A stretch of DNA of 63,926 nt, counting the filler, from Stramenopiles sp. TOSAG23-3 (Eukaryota): NCBI GenBank assembly GCA_900128585.1. It is 13 parts of 13 records of this genome, joined end to end, with 100 filler letters (N's around TTAATTAATTAA, not from the genome) between each part and the next. Parts side by side here need not be neighbours in the genome. Positions count along the whole stretch, not along the records: positions 42,547 to 48,503 come from LT643409.1; positions 48,604 to 54,552 come from LT643410.1; positions 54,653 to 60,597 come from LT643411.1; 10 more parts are not named here. One strand, 5' to 3'. Positions 44,566 to 55,453 of the stretch are shown one piece after another. Under the pieces are notes generated by a model. The model searched no databases, was not told where the DNA came from, and was given only the letters and a program-made list of their open reading frames with translations. Made by a program: the position numbers and the translations under genes. The first letter of the stretch is position 1. Every line of letters starts with the position of its first letter.

Positions 44566-46476
44566 ATGGCACAACTTGCTGTGAACGCAAGGGAGAAGCT
44601 GAGGGAAACCTACAGCTGGAAAACTTTCGCGTTGCTGCTTAGTGAAGTAAGCCATCAGACCCTAATAGAACTGCGCGAAGACATTACGAATGAGATGGAA
44701 AATATTATGGAGGATTCAGACACTATCATGGAGGCATCTCTTGGTTTGTCCGGAATTGAAATCTTGTTAGCGTTGTTTTCCAGGGTTGGCCCGGCAATAT
44801 TTGAGGAGCAGCTCTCGAAAACAGCAGGGCTGAGGGTGGCAGAGGCATCGAAAAATAATATCGCAGGCGTCGGAATGGTTGCCCACGCCTTGACCCACGA
44901 AACAATTATGGTGACGGCGCTGGATCTGCAAGATTTGTGCGATAAGAAAATGGCAGAGCTGGGCAGCAGCGCCCGGGAGCTCGTTGAAAACTGCGTGAGT
45001 TTGTCCGTCACAAAAGCCGAAGATGACCCACCGTCCATGTCTGGAACATATAGAAATAGAATTCTCGCAGGTACAATAAGTAAGCCTTTTGGGGAATCGC
45101 GAAGCCCGAATTCCTTCAGTCCAGAGAGGACTGCCAGCATTGAGCAGGCGCTTGTGGTGAGCACGGCCCCAATTGGCGCGGACAACCACTCCCCGGCAAA
45201 AGACAAGAGTTACCCGCTGCCAGGGCAATGGAAGTCGCAGCACTTTCGAGAAAATTCTCTAGACGCAAAAATAGCCCGGGAAAAAAGTGATTGGATCGGT
45301 ATCAACATGGCGCAGCACGCCCACCACGTAGAAGCTCACTTGGGCACCGCCCACGGGCTGCCCGTAGCATTATGGGCGGGTTCATTACGAGATAATTCGA
45401 ACTACTCGGAAAAGGTCAAAGGGGTGAAGCCCATGCGCTTTGCGACGTCGCTGCGTGGAGATGGCCGTTCAAAGAGCTCGGTTTCAGTGCCATCGGAAGG
45501 GCGTATGCCTTCGACGGCGTCTACGTCTGCATCTGAGAGACTAGCCGACCGTATCCTCGATGGATCTTCAAAGAAAAAAAACAAGGGCAAGCAGAGTGAA
45601 ATTATGAAAAGGAGTGCTGCCAGGAGAAAGCGGATCTCAGAACTAATGAAAAATATTAGAGGGGACGGTTGGAATGACGGCAGGGAATACAATTACCCCC
45701 TTCCCGGAAAGACGAAAAGTAAATATTTTAAAGGCGGAATAGACGCAAGTCGTGCGCATCAGCGCCCCTACGTTGGCATGAATATGAATTCTGTCCGAAT
45801 GCATATAGCCACAGGGAATGGGGACGGAAAGGCCGCATCAAACTGGGTGGGAACGTTGCGGTCCACTGCCAAAGGGGCAAGCGGCGGCAGTGAGGAGGCC
45901 TTGGCGAAGGAGAATTCTTCACACAGAAACGATGCCGGAGAACTGATCAGTGATGAAATAACTGGGCAAAACAAGATAGGCCGTCCACACGGAATTACGG
46001 AAAAGAAGGCAGAAAACAAAGATGTGGAGAGTAAGTATGTAGGCAACAAGACAGAAGCTCAAATGACCGGAGTGCCCGTAGGGATGCGACGCTACAAAGT
46101 CAAAGTAGCAATAAACTCAAGCCGGCTTAATTCACCCGGCAAGGCTTATTTAAGGCTCGCAGAAAAACTAGCGACACCCCTGGTGAACGAACAGGCCTCT
46201 AAATTTAGAATGCGCGACGATACCCCCCATTCGAGAACACGGCTTCACGTGAGCAACGCAAACGATGCAAAAAAGAAGAAAACAGAGGTTGACCGCCGCA
46301 ACCGCCGGCGTGCGTACGGGCATGCCGCTGCTGCCCGATTTAAAGCAGAGAAAGCGAAACGATTAAAGAGAAAAAGTGCGAAAGAAGCTAGGGAAAGGAA
46401 CAAAACCGTGCACTCGCACGTTTCAGAAAATGAAGCGAAAGGGCAGAAAAGAAAACCAATTTCGGAAGATCCATGA
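44566..46476 (+). CDS. Hypothetical protein with repeated W-x-G-S/T-L-R motif
   Basis: 636-aa ATG-started ORF; WAGSLR, FATSLR and WVGTLR motifs. Confidence 0.7.
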   Translation: MAQLAVNAREKLRETYSWKTFALLLSEVSHQTLIELREDITNEMENIMEDSDTIMEASLGLSGIEILLALFSRVGPAIFEEQLSKTAGLRVAEASKNNIAGVGMVAHALTHETIMVTALDLQDLCDKKMAELGSSARELVENCVSLSVTKAEDDPPSMSGTYRNRILAGTISKPFGESRSPNSFSPERTASIEQALVVSTAPIGADNHSPAKDKSYPLPGQWKSQHFRENSLDAKIAREKSDWIGINMAQHAHHVEAHLGTAHGLPVALWAGSLRDNSNYSEKVKGVKPMRFATSLRGDGRSKSSVSVPSEGRMPSTASTSASERLADRILDGSSKKKNKGKQSEIMKRSAARRKRISELMKNIRGDGWNDGREYNYPLPGKTKSKYFKGGIDASRAHQRPYVGMNMNSVRMHIATGNGDGKAASNWVGTLRSTAKGASGGSEEALAKENSSHRNDAGELISDEITGQNKIGRPHGITEKKAENKDVESKYVGNKTEAQMTGVPVGMRRYKVKVAINSSRLNSPGKAYLRLAEKLATPLVNEQASKFRMRDDTPHSRTRLHVSNANDAKKKKTEVDRRNRRRAYGHAAAARFKAEKAKRLKRKSAKEARERNKTVHSHVSENEAKGQKRKPISEDP

Positions 46477-47068
46477 TGGTACACCATCACAATATTTTTA
46501 CGAGCGTACGTGATTGTAAAGTACCTGGTATTAATAGTCTATCAGGTACGAAATAGACCGACAAATGTGTATTAAAATATGAGGAACAAAAGGAGCAGAT
46601 TAATTTTCGCGGTACATGAGAAAGCTATATAATAAATTTTATTAATATAATAATTATTATAGTCTTCTATTATTATACTAGACTAAAAAAAAATAACTAT
46701 AATAGACTAACAGCCAATTTTTTTGATTTTAATTTACTACGAAACAAAATTACAGAATCAAGTTAGGATTAGGGTACGAGGAAGCTAAATTTAATTACTT
46801 AAATATGAGGAAAAGGTAGTAGTATTAAATAATTTTATAGTATAATAATTCTCGTTCATTTTTACCTGTTTCTTACACTTACCGTGTACAAGTCATCTAA
46901 TAATTCCTCACAAATAATAAATTGACTTTATATATCATGCCCCCGTTATTTAGTTACTGACATTTCGACATTTCGGTTTACATGAGGATGTTCGAAGTTT
47001 TTACTCTACTTCAGAACGAAGGCTGAATAAATACCACCACCCTCTAAAAGAAACAACCGGCGCTTACA

Positions 47069-48481
47069 ATGCACTGTACCACCCATTTTTCAGCGATTGG
47101 TCTGGTTGCCTTGGTCGTCTTCGTGGTGACCAATGGTGCAGTTGAGGACTGGTACGTTGACAATGGGTTCCCAGCCATTGAAGGGTTGCATTTCCCACGT
47201 GGGGATGCCATTGCTCATATTGATATCTTAATTGATGATACAGTGTACATTCTTGAATTTTTCCCGAAGAACATGCAGAACACATCTGCACGAATCGAAC
47301 GTGCGACTGAATTCGTTGACAGATATATGGTTGAATTGATAGATAACGATTTGGAGTTCCAGGGCATCAAAGACAGGGAGGGTCAGTTCCACGAGATGGA
47401 ATTGCCCGAAATGAAGATGGAAAGGGACAAAAAAGCCGAACTGGTAGATCTGTTGGCCGATCAAATTTTACAGGAAACAAACGGTCATGCCCAATCGTAC
47501 GGAAATGGCCCCATTGCAATTAAGAAAAAATGGAACCACGGGGAAGATTTGATATACCATCGCGGGGCGGTCACGATTGCGCCAAGTTTGGAGAGATTCG
47601 GCGAGTGGGAAGAATATGGAGTAGAAGTAATGTCCGCATTATTGTGCTCAAATAAACCAGAATCTCCGGTGTTTGATGTTGGCGCGAACCAAGGGTTGAT
47701 TACCCTTGCGTTGCAAGATTTAAATCCTTTTCTTGAATATCACGCTTTTGAGCCGCAGCGGCACTTGCATGGCGTTATCGTCGCAAACGCTTTACTGCGT
47801 TCCCCTGCTAGGATCTTTTCGCACAACGTTGCGGTTGGGGATAAACGTGAAATTTTTACAATCCCTAAAATAGAGAGGCTTAAAAAGGGCTCATTTGCCG
47901 CTTTCGGCCTTGACCAGGACCAAAACACAGAGTTGTTAAGGGATCTAGGGTCCGAGAAGGTCCAAAGCATTCGCTTGTCTAGTTTTGTATTTCCTCCTGA
48001 CCCCTCGACAACATTGGCCCTGAAATGCCCTCAACTTATCAAAATTGACGTAGAAGGGTTCGAAGACCGCGTGATCATTGGGGCAGAAGAAATAATAAAA
48101 CGCTGTCCTAGCCCCCCAGCATTATACTTCGAAAGCCATAAAGGCCGGAACGTCTCAGAGACAATGCAGTTAGTTACGGGGACTTTAAAATATCATCGCT
48201 GTTTCCACCACATTTATTCCTACTTTCGAGAGGACAACTTTCATAAGAACGAGAAAGATTTTAAAACGTTCGCTCCTAATTCAGACGCGTCATCGAATCT
48301 TTTGTGCATATACCAAGAAGGTTGGCCGGACTGTGCCAACAATATCTCTCGGATTGAGGCCGCAATCTTAAAACGCGAGCTGGTACAGGTCACGAACCAG
48401 ACCATGAACAATGCCTCTGTACCCATTTGCAATTTAACACCAATGGAGGCCAACGACGACACTCGCGCGTGGTGTGCGTGA
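47069..48481 (+). CDS. FkbM-family SAM-dependent methyltransferase with signal peptide/anchor
   Basis: FDVGANQG, HAFEPQ, NVAVG, LIKIDVEGFE, LYFE; hydrophobic N-terminus. Confidence 0.9.
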   Translation: MHCTTHFSAIGLVALVVFVVTNGAVEDWYVDNGFPAIEGLHFPRGDAIAHIDILIDDTVYILEFFPKNMQNTSARIERATEFVDRYMVELIDNDLEFQGIKDREGQFHEMELPEMKMERDKKAELVDLLADQILQETNGHAQSYGNGPIAIKKKWNHGEDLIYHRGAVTIAPSLERFGEWEEYGVEVMSALLCSNKPESPVFDVGANQGLITLALQDLNPFLEYHAFEPQRHLHGVIVANALLRSPARIFSHNVAVGDKREIFTIPKIERLKKGSFAAFGLDQDQNTELLRDLGSEKVQSIRLSSFVFPPDPSTTLALKCPQLIKIDVEGFEDRVIIGAEEIIKRCPSPPALYFESHKGRNVSETMQLVTGTLKYHRCFHHIYSYFREDNFHKNEKDFKTFAPNSDASSNLLCIYQEGWPDCANNISRIEAAILKRELVQVTNQTMNNASVPICNLTPMEANDDTRAWCA

Positions 48482-48792
48482 AGCTAAGAATTACTACTAC
48501 ATANNNNNNNNNNNNNNNNNNNNNNNNNNNNNNNNNNNNNNNNNNNNTTAATTAATTAANNNNNNNNNNNNNNNNNNNNNNNNNNNNNNNNNNNNNNNNN
48601 NNNGGATCCATTTAATTTAATAAATTGGTGAATAATTCCTTGCTACAGCGTGCTGTTGCACAGGCTGTTTGTTTCGCTCTCCTCCTTGTTTGTCGTTGTT
48701 CCCCAGTCGTCTATTGACTTATCTTATTACCGGTACTTCTCCCGAAGTTTTCATGAGAGATAACAGTAAATAAGTGTAAATAGCTTAAAGAA

Positions 48793-49941
48793 TTGTTGGA
48801 AGAGCTCACGACCGAGCGAGCAGCTGGAAACAAAGCATATGATACCGCAAAAAACAATGCGCACGATACATTTATCGCTGCCGCAACGGCACTGGAGGAC
48901 GGCAAGGATGGGGACGACGCGGGGTCCTTGAAAACTGCCTCGGAAGAGGCTCTGAAAGCTGAGGAAGAGGCAAACCAATCGTGGGAAGACTCGCACGAGC
49001 GAGAAATATCCAGTAACACCAACTATGTCGAAACGTTGCTGACGTGGCTTTCTGAATCGGACGGCAAAGACCACTGGAAATCTCTCGGTGGCCAGGATAG
49101 TAGCGCCGAAGGCGAATCGTTCGATTACCACCACTTTGTCTTGCTATTGGCAAAAGACGGGACCGAGTACAAAGCGTATAAGGGCATGCGAAACGATGGG
49201 GCAAAAGAGTTTGCCAAGTACAGACTGAAAGTTAACGCTGTGTTTAATTCTTTTGCCGATGACGAGGGGCAAGTGGCGCGGGAAAAGATGCAGGAGCTGT
49301 TCAAGAAACTGCAAGAAGAACTGATCAGCGACTCTTCCCACCGTATCCATTCCATTACCCCAAAAAATGTCGAAAAGTGCCTGGATTGGATCGATACCGA
49401 TGGTAACAATCGCCTCTGCAAAGACGAGATGTACGTCCTGCTGTCCAAGTCCTACCACACGGCTTCGGGGGGGTTCATGGACTTTATGCCAAAAATCGAC
49501 ATACCGCTTCCAAAAATTGAGATGCCAAAAATTGATATCTCGATGCCAACCATTGACCTAGCGGCCATGGGAAATGCAGTCAACCCGATGAATCTGGTAC
49601 CAAAAACCGAAAAGAGCGACGAGGCGAAGGAGGAACCAGCATCAGCAGAAGGGGAAGATGCAACGGCGGCAAGTGGCGGGAAGGCAACTGAACAAGAGGC
49701 ACAACCAGCGACGGATGATGGACCTACCGAAGAGGCCGAAGCGGAAGCCGAAGAAGAAGCTGAGGAAGAAGCAGAAGCTGAGGAAGAAGCGGAAGCTGAG
49801 GAAGAAGCAGAAGCGGAGGAAGAAGCAGAAGCTGAGGAAGAAGCAGAAGCTGAGGAAGAAGCAGAAGCTGGGGAAGAAGCAGAAGCTGAGGAAGAATCAG
49901 AAGCTGAGGAAGAAGAAGTAGCCGAGGAAGACGCCGAATGA
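48793..49941 (+). CDS. EF-hand protein with Glu/Ala-rich acidic tail (5' end uncertain)
   Basis: EF-hand DTDGNNRLCKDE; no early ATG; in-frame TAG at 48781 could be a splice acceptor. Confidence 0.7.
   Translation: MLEELTTERAAGNKAYDTAKNNAHDTFIAAATALEDGKDGDDAGSLKTASEEALKAEEEANQSWEDSHEREISSNTNYVETLLTWLSESDGKDHWKSLGGQDSSAEGESFDYHHFVLLLAKDGTEYKAYKGMRNDGAKEFAKYRLKVNAVFNSFADDEGQVAREKMQELFKKLQEELISDSSHRIHSITPKNVEKCLDWIDTDGNNRLCKDEMYVLLSKSYHTASGGFMDFMPKIDIPLPKIEMPKIDISMPTIDLAAMGNAVNPMNLVPKTEKSDEAKEEPASAEGEDATAASGGKATEQEAQPATDDGPTEEAEAEAEEEAEEEAEAEEEAEAEEEAEAEEEAEAEEEAEAEEEAEAGEEAEAEEESEAEEEEVAEEDAE
49729..49938 (+). repeat. 18-bp coding repeat (GCTGAGGAAGAAGCAGAA; EEEAEA)n
   Basis: About 10 near-perfect copies. 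Confidence 0.93.
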
Positions 49942-50066
49942 ATCGATTTGTGAACCACACAATTTGCAAAAAACAAAAATACACTCTTAATTCGTACGCG
50001 TACGTACGAATTAACGTTAGCCCACGCACACCGCGCTAATTCTTTTTTAAACTCTTGACAAACTAT

Positions 50067-50906
50067 TTACATTTTACTTACGTCTGCGTCTGCTTGGTAA
50101 TATTTCCAGCGGCTGGCGGGGAATATGTGTTTGTTCCTGGAATACCAGGTTGAAGTAATAATTTTACCAGGGTGGGAGTCATCTCTATCGATCCGCAAAT
50201 CGCCCACAAGCCTCACGTCGTCGTGGACATCGAAGTGAAACAAAGGCCCCGTCAAACCCCTTGCTTTTGAAACGATCAGCTCATAAAAAGTCAAGTGATG
50301 CGGAACGATGCAGTCCTCTTTTATGTACATAAGGTGCGACCCCATGGATACCCTCAGCACACGGAACTCTTTCCTCAAACTGTCACACACGGCATCTAAA
50401 AATTCAAGAATTGTCGACTTCTTCTTCACCTGAATCTTTTTTCGGTGGCCACTCCCGTCCCAGTAGCTGTAGGTTATTTCAAGCAACTCATTCTTTACTC
50501 GCTTCTCTTCTTCCAGTTTTTGTCTGTTCTTCTCAGCCTCCCGAGCTGCAGCTTTTTTCTCGCGTTCGGCGTCTGGCAAAAATTCTGTGCGAATATCCTC
50601 GTCTGGGCACTTTGATATGGCCGGTGCGTCGTTCCTGCATACGTCTACTTCGTCTTCAAAGTCAAACGACAGTGTCGACCGCTTCGCCTTCTTTCTCACT
50701 GGTTCAGACGGAATCTTTTTCTTCTTTTTTAGCAAATGAGCTCTAATGTCGCTCACACGATCTTGTTTTGAACCCTTTGATTTCCACTCATCAAGTGAAA
50801 TTATCCCGCCTATGTCGTTGGCAGTCCCGGGCGCTTTTGTTTTGTACTCAAAATTGGAAAGAGGCGGGGGTGGGGCGGACGGGGGAGGAGGGGGCCTTCG
50901 CTTCAT
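50067..50906 (-). CDS. FAM50: XAP5/FAM50 family protein
   Basis: LSFD, TEFLPDAERE, ITYSYWDGSGHR, LMYIKED, GPLFHFDVHDDVR, SHPGK, WYSRNKHIFPASRW. Confidence 0.95.
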   Translation of the reverse strand: MKRRPPPPPSAPPPPLSNFEYKTKAPGTANDIGGIISLDEWKSKGSKQDRVSDIRAHLLKKKKKIPSEPVRKKAKRSTLSFDFEDEVDVCRNDAPAISKCPDEDIRTEFLPDAEREKKAAAREAEKNRQKLEEEKRVKNELLEITYSYWDGSGHRKKIQVKKKSTILEFLDAVCDSLRKEFRVLRVSMGSHLMYIKEDCIVPHHLTFYELIVSKARGLTGPLFHFDVHDDVRLVGDLRIDRDDSHPGKIITSTWYSRNKHIFPASRWKYYQADADVSKM

Positions 50907-51552
50907 GTTTGTGTCTTTTTCCTGGCCACAGAGCTAAGGACTGCAAATTCCGTGCTGCTCTGTTAGAAAAGGCGCGACAAAAGGGGAACACGTCTTGGCA
51001 CTGAGTTTTCCAGAACATTGCTACCATTCGATAAGTACTGACATCCGAATTCAATAACAACAAAATTCCTGTAGTGTAGACGACGACTATTCTTATTATT
51101 CTACGTAGTATTATATAACCCTAACCCTAACCATATATTGGTATTATCTCTTCTCTTTTCTTTTTTTTTAAATTTACTAGGAGTAAGGAGGAAGGAGGAA
51201 GAAGGAAGAAGGAAGAAAGGAACAGGAGGAGTAGGATTATTATCATTGATGAAAATAATAAAAAATAATAATACACTATACAGTATTACTTCTTTATTAT
51301 TATTATATTTTATATTATTACAGCAGGTCGGTATTACATTATAGCATCTCCCATCAGCTGTCAATTACTGCTGCCAAGAAGAAGAAGATAAAAAAAAGAA
51401 GAAGAAGGTTTCAAAATTCAATTTCAAAATTTTCGTCAAGTTTTAAGTTCAACAAATACTCTATTTTAAAATCATATTTTTGAAGTCCGATTCCAATTCA
51501 AATTATCCCTCCATCCACTCCCACCACAAAACTTGTTTAACTTTACTGCAAA

Positions 51553-52576
51553 ATGAGCGCTTTGAAGAAGCTTTCTCCCCCGAAATGCCACGAAAGGAGT
51601 TTTTGCGTCGCAGACGAGGCGGCAGGGCTGTACAGGTGCCCCAAGGGGCACTGTGGCTGCTCACCTAGAACGCACTGGGGGGGGGTGCCTTGTTATGTAC
51701 GTCATTTCCATGTCCATATTCTTTGCCATTTACCTCTTGAAAGATACATTGCAGCAAATCCCTTCCCATGCACCGGGAATACACGACACGCGGTACTGGA
51801 CGCAAACAGAGTTAAAGAAGGAGGTAATCGTGTCAAACGGAATGCTGATATTCTACACCAGTGTTCTGACTTCCCTACTTATTGCCATTGCCGTCATCGG
51901 CGCGCTTTCAAAAGATATACAAATGCTCCAAAAGGAACACGCGGGCAAAATCCCGTTTCGGGGATGGGCGCTCGGGCTATTCAACATCGTTAGCTTGTGG
52001 GACGGCATGGTTGTTCAATCGCTGAAATACTACACGGGGGAACTTCGGCCGATCGCTATTGTCAAGTGCCGTCAAGTTCTAACGAAGCACGTCTCCGGGT
52101 TCAATGCGACGACGGATTACACAGCATCCCTCGCGCAGCTGAAGTCCTGTGCAATGTACGACTCTGAGTATTTCAGGGGCTTCCCTTCCGGCCATGCAAG
52201 TGCCGCCTTTGCTGGCGTTTTCGGGTGCGGCCTGATGTTTTTTCAAATCCCATGGCTCCTTGACGGATTCATGAATGCACTCTGCGGTTGCCAGAATAAG
52301 GGCTCGCCACTTTCCCCATTTCCCAACCGGGTCCTTCGCTCGTTCATTCTGATGGTTGCGACCGTTGGGGCATGCTTTATTGCGGCCAGCAGAATAATGG
52401 ACGGCTCGCACTTTCCCGTTCAAACCGTCGCGGGGAGTGCGATCGGTGTCTGCGGCGCTGTGTTTATCGTAAACTCGGACCTTCTCTTGCCCAATCAACC
52501 TCTTGGTGGGAAGCCCAAGCGTTCGGAAGGGGAGGGCGTGGAAATGGGGCAACTGCAGTCGCAGGGTGAGTTGTAA
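51553..52576 (+). CDS. PAP2-family lipid phosphate phosphatase, frameshifted in a G9 run (51677-51685)
   Basis: C1 KYYTGELRP, C2 FPSGH, C3 SRIMDGSH; several TMs. Removing one G from the G9 run joins the ATG 51553 frame to the main ORF (HWGGCLVMY). Confidence 0.82.
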
Positions 52577-53257
52577 TTTTCAATTCTTAAAATATAGAAG
52601 AATCTAAAAATAAAAGAAAGAGGTCTCTCCACCGCAACGATCGAAAAGGCAAAAGAAGAAGTTGCAAATAATATTATTCGTGCTTCTCTTGGTAAGAGAG
52701 GCAAAATATGCTCAGCCGTCCAGACAGCATCACTAACATCCACACATCATTAGATAGGATATGATATATTACTATACAAATTAAGTACAATTAATTCATT
52801 GTGATATTTATATCAACGTAACATCATCCTTTCTTCTTCTTCTTCGTTTTTTTTGTTGTTTTTTCTTCTTCTTTCTTCGTGTTGTCGTTCTTCCTTCTAT
52901 ATTAGACTAATGTAATATTCATTTCATCATCTCATGTGGTGTGATGGTGTGATGATATTGATGGATGATTGAAAAAAAAGAAGAAGAGAAGAAGAGAAGA
53001 AGAGGAGGAGGAGGAGAGAAGGAGAGAAGAAGAAGAAGAAGTGACGATCGTTTACTTTTTGTCTCCCTCCTTACAATTTCAATTTCGATCATATATATAA
53101 CTTTGGACCTATAAACTATAAGTATTCTCATCTCTCCCGATGTTTGGAATAAGTCGGATTCAATTGTAATAACCAGGCATTGGCCAAGACGTGTTCCGTG
53201 GAAGTTGATCTTGTATACATACATACACAGTGCACACTAGATTTGGGCCGGCGCCGA

Positions 53258-54274
53258 ATGTCGACAGAAGAAGCCGTTTCGGTTGACAATGTGCTTTCGG
53301 CGGCGTCCAGGTTGAAGGGCAAGGTTCAAGAAACGCCGTTGCTTGAAAGTGTTGCGCTGAATAATATGACCGGTGCCAGGATATTAGTGAAAGCAGAGTG
53401 TTTGCAGACCGCCGGGTCGTTTAAGATTCGGGGGGCGCTGCACCGTGTTCTCCGATTGACGCGAGAGCAGCGCGCTAAAGGCGTGGTAGCGTTTTCTTCC
53501 GGTAATTTTGGTCAGGGTCTTGCAGCAGCCTGCAGCACCTTTTTTGACCCTCCCGTGAAATGCACGATCGTGATGCCCGGGGATGCCCCCCTTGGGAAAC
53601 AAAAACGGGCCAAATCGTATGGGGCAAACGTTGTCTTGTCGGACATTGTCGAAGGTGTGAACCGGGAAGTCACAGCTGCGGAATTGGCGGAGGCACTATC
53701 TAGTCGACACGCTTACACACTCCTTCACCCCTTTGAAGACGTTGATGTTATTGCTGGGCAGGGGAGTTGCGCCGTTGAAATATGCGAGCAGTGCCGACGC
53801 CGTGGAGTTGACAATTTGGATGCGCTGCTGATACCTCACGGCGGCGGAGGGTTGTCTGCGGGATGTTCGCTGGCAACCAATGCTGCGTTCCCAAATGCGA
53901 ATATCTACGTCGTCGAGCCAGAGTTCTATGACGACATGCGACTGTCGCTCGCTGCAGGCAAACGAATCGGCCTGGAAGGAAACCCCCCGTCCCTTTGCGA
54001 TGCGCTGCAAGCTGTCAAACCTGGAGCCAACACTTTTCCTATCAACCAACGTCTGCTCTCGGGCGCGTTAGTCGTTAACGATAGTGAAGTAAGAAATGCT
54101 ATGAAGGTTGCATTTGAAACGCTCCAAATTGTGCTGGAGCCTGGAGGGGCGACCGGCTTGGCTGCTGTGCTCAGCAACAAATTGCCGGATGTCAAAGGGA
54201 AGACTATCTGCATCATCGCCAGCGGTGGTAACTTGAGTTTGGAGAAGTACATGCGTACGATTTCACGCATGTGA
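53258..54274 (+). CDS. PLP-dependent serine/threonine dehydratase (serine racemase-like)
   Basis: KAECLQTAGSFKIRGA (PLP lysine), SSGN, HPFED...IAGQG, GGGGL, LEPGGA, SGGN. ATG at 53258. Confidence 0.93.
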   Translation: MSTEEAVSVDNVLSAASRLKGKVQETPLLESVALNNMTGARILVKAECLQTAGSFKIRGALHRVLRLTREQRAKGVVAFSSGNFGQGLAAACSTFFDPPVKCTIVMPGDAPLGKQKRAKSYGANVVLSDIVEGVNREVTAAELAEALSSRHAYTLLHPFEDVDVIAGQGSCAVEICEQCRRRGVDNLDALLIPHGGGGLSAGCSLATNAAFPNANIYVVEPEFYDDMRLSLAAGKRIGLEGNPPSLCDALQAVKPGANTFPINQRLLSGALVVNDSEVRNAMKVAFETLQIVLEPGGATGLAAVLSNKLPDVKGKTICIIASGGNLSLEKYMRTISRM

Positions 54275-54652
54275 AACCTTATGTGCCTACAAAATCACGG
54301 GGGTCTATACCACCTTTGATTTATTGAATTTTTTTTAACACATTTTAACACAATACTACAGTAGAAACAGTTGTTTACGGGCAGATGAATTTTTTTATTT
54401 TTTTTTTATTTTTTATTTTTTGATTATTTTTTGATTTTATAACATCAAAATAGCACTGACCTAAATTGATAGAGTTGTGCAGCATTGGATTATACGTTAA
54501 GGAAGGAACATTTGGGTAAAGTAAAGAAGAAAATCCTCTTCTTAATCATCGTNNNNNNNNNNNNNNNNNNNNNNNNNNNNNNNNNNNNNNNNNNNNTTAA
54601 TTAATTAANNNNNNNNNNNNNNNNNNNNNNNNNNNNNNNNNNNNNNNNNNNN

Positions 54653-54731
54653 TGAGTGTTGTCCTTGGTAACTAGAGACAGACTATAATAATTTGCATGC
54701 AATGCCGCCTTCCTCCTTCTTCTTCTTTTTT
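54653..54731. repeat. 79-bp perfect inverted repeat with 56430-56508
   Basis: Contig start TGAGTGTTGTCC...CTTTTTT is the reverse complement of 56430-56508. Confidence 0.93.
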
Positions 54732-54874
54732 CACATTATTTTTTGTATTTATTATAATTGTTTTTGGTAAGTTTACGAAAAGAGAGAACTTGTTTAAACA
54801 GCTATTTTTGATAAATCGTACCATGTAAGAATTATTATAAAATAGACGCCTCTACAACCAACCCCAGTTTTGTT

Positions 54875-55453
54875 TTATTTATTAGCATCGGCATCATGTT
54901 TTACCCTTATGGCTTCCAACAACCACCTAAACCCTTCGTCGATACCACCACCCTTCAACGCCGTGCATTCAAAGGTTTGGACGGGATTGTTTAATTTTGA
55001 AGTGTTGCTCAAGTGTAAAATCTTCGAGATTTGAGTGGAACTCATTTTCTTCTCCATCATGTCGCTTTTATTGTACAAAATTAATACGGGACATTTTGAT
55101 CTAGCTACGTCTGGGTGCTCTAATACTTTGGAAAGCTCGTCCTTGGCGACGGAAACCCTAGGCTTATCGGTCGCGTCGACGACAAAAATTATACCCTGGA
55201 CGTATTGGTAGTAGTGCGGCCACATGTGGCGGTATCGCCCCATCCCAGACATGTCCCATAAGTTCCAGCTGTGCCCAAACTTTCGAAACGTCTCCAGCTG
55301 AAAGCCTACTGTGGGATTAATATATGTAACATTTTTTTCGGTGTCCGTTGGTTTCAGATACGACACAATGGTGCTCTTCCCGCTATTGTCCAGCCCAATC
55401 ATCATCGCGTTGACCTTCACCGAACCACCAAACACGGAGCTAACGTTTCCCAT
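54875..55453 (-). CDS. ARL6: ADP-ribosylation factor-like GTPase ARL6/BBS3-like
   Basis: MG start, GLDNSGKST, PTVGF, WDMSGMGRYR (ARL6-type DMSG), NKSD, CTALKGGG. Confidence 0.85.
   Translation of the reverse strand: MGNVSSVFGGSVKVNAMMIGLDNSGKSTIVSYLKPTDTEKNVTYINPTVGFQLETFRKFGHSWNLWDMSGMGRYRHMWPHYYQYVQGIIFVVDATDKPRVSVAKDELSKVLEHPDVARSKCPVLILYNKSDMMEKKMSSTQISKILHLSNTSKLNNPVQTFECTALKGGGIDEGFRWLLEAIRVKHDADANK

Noticed and set aside
51115-51132. Telomere (CCCTAA)n; also TTAGGG words near 62030-62047
   Set aside because: Only 2-3 units, internal to contigs.
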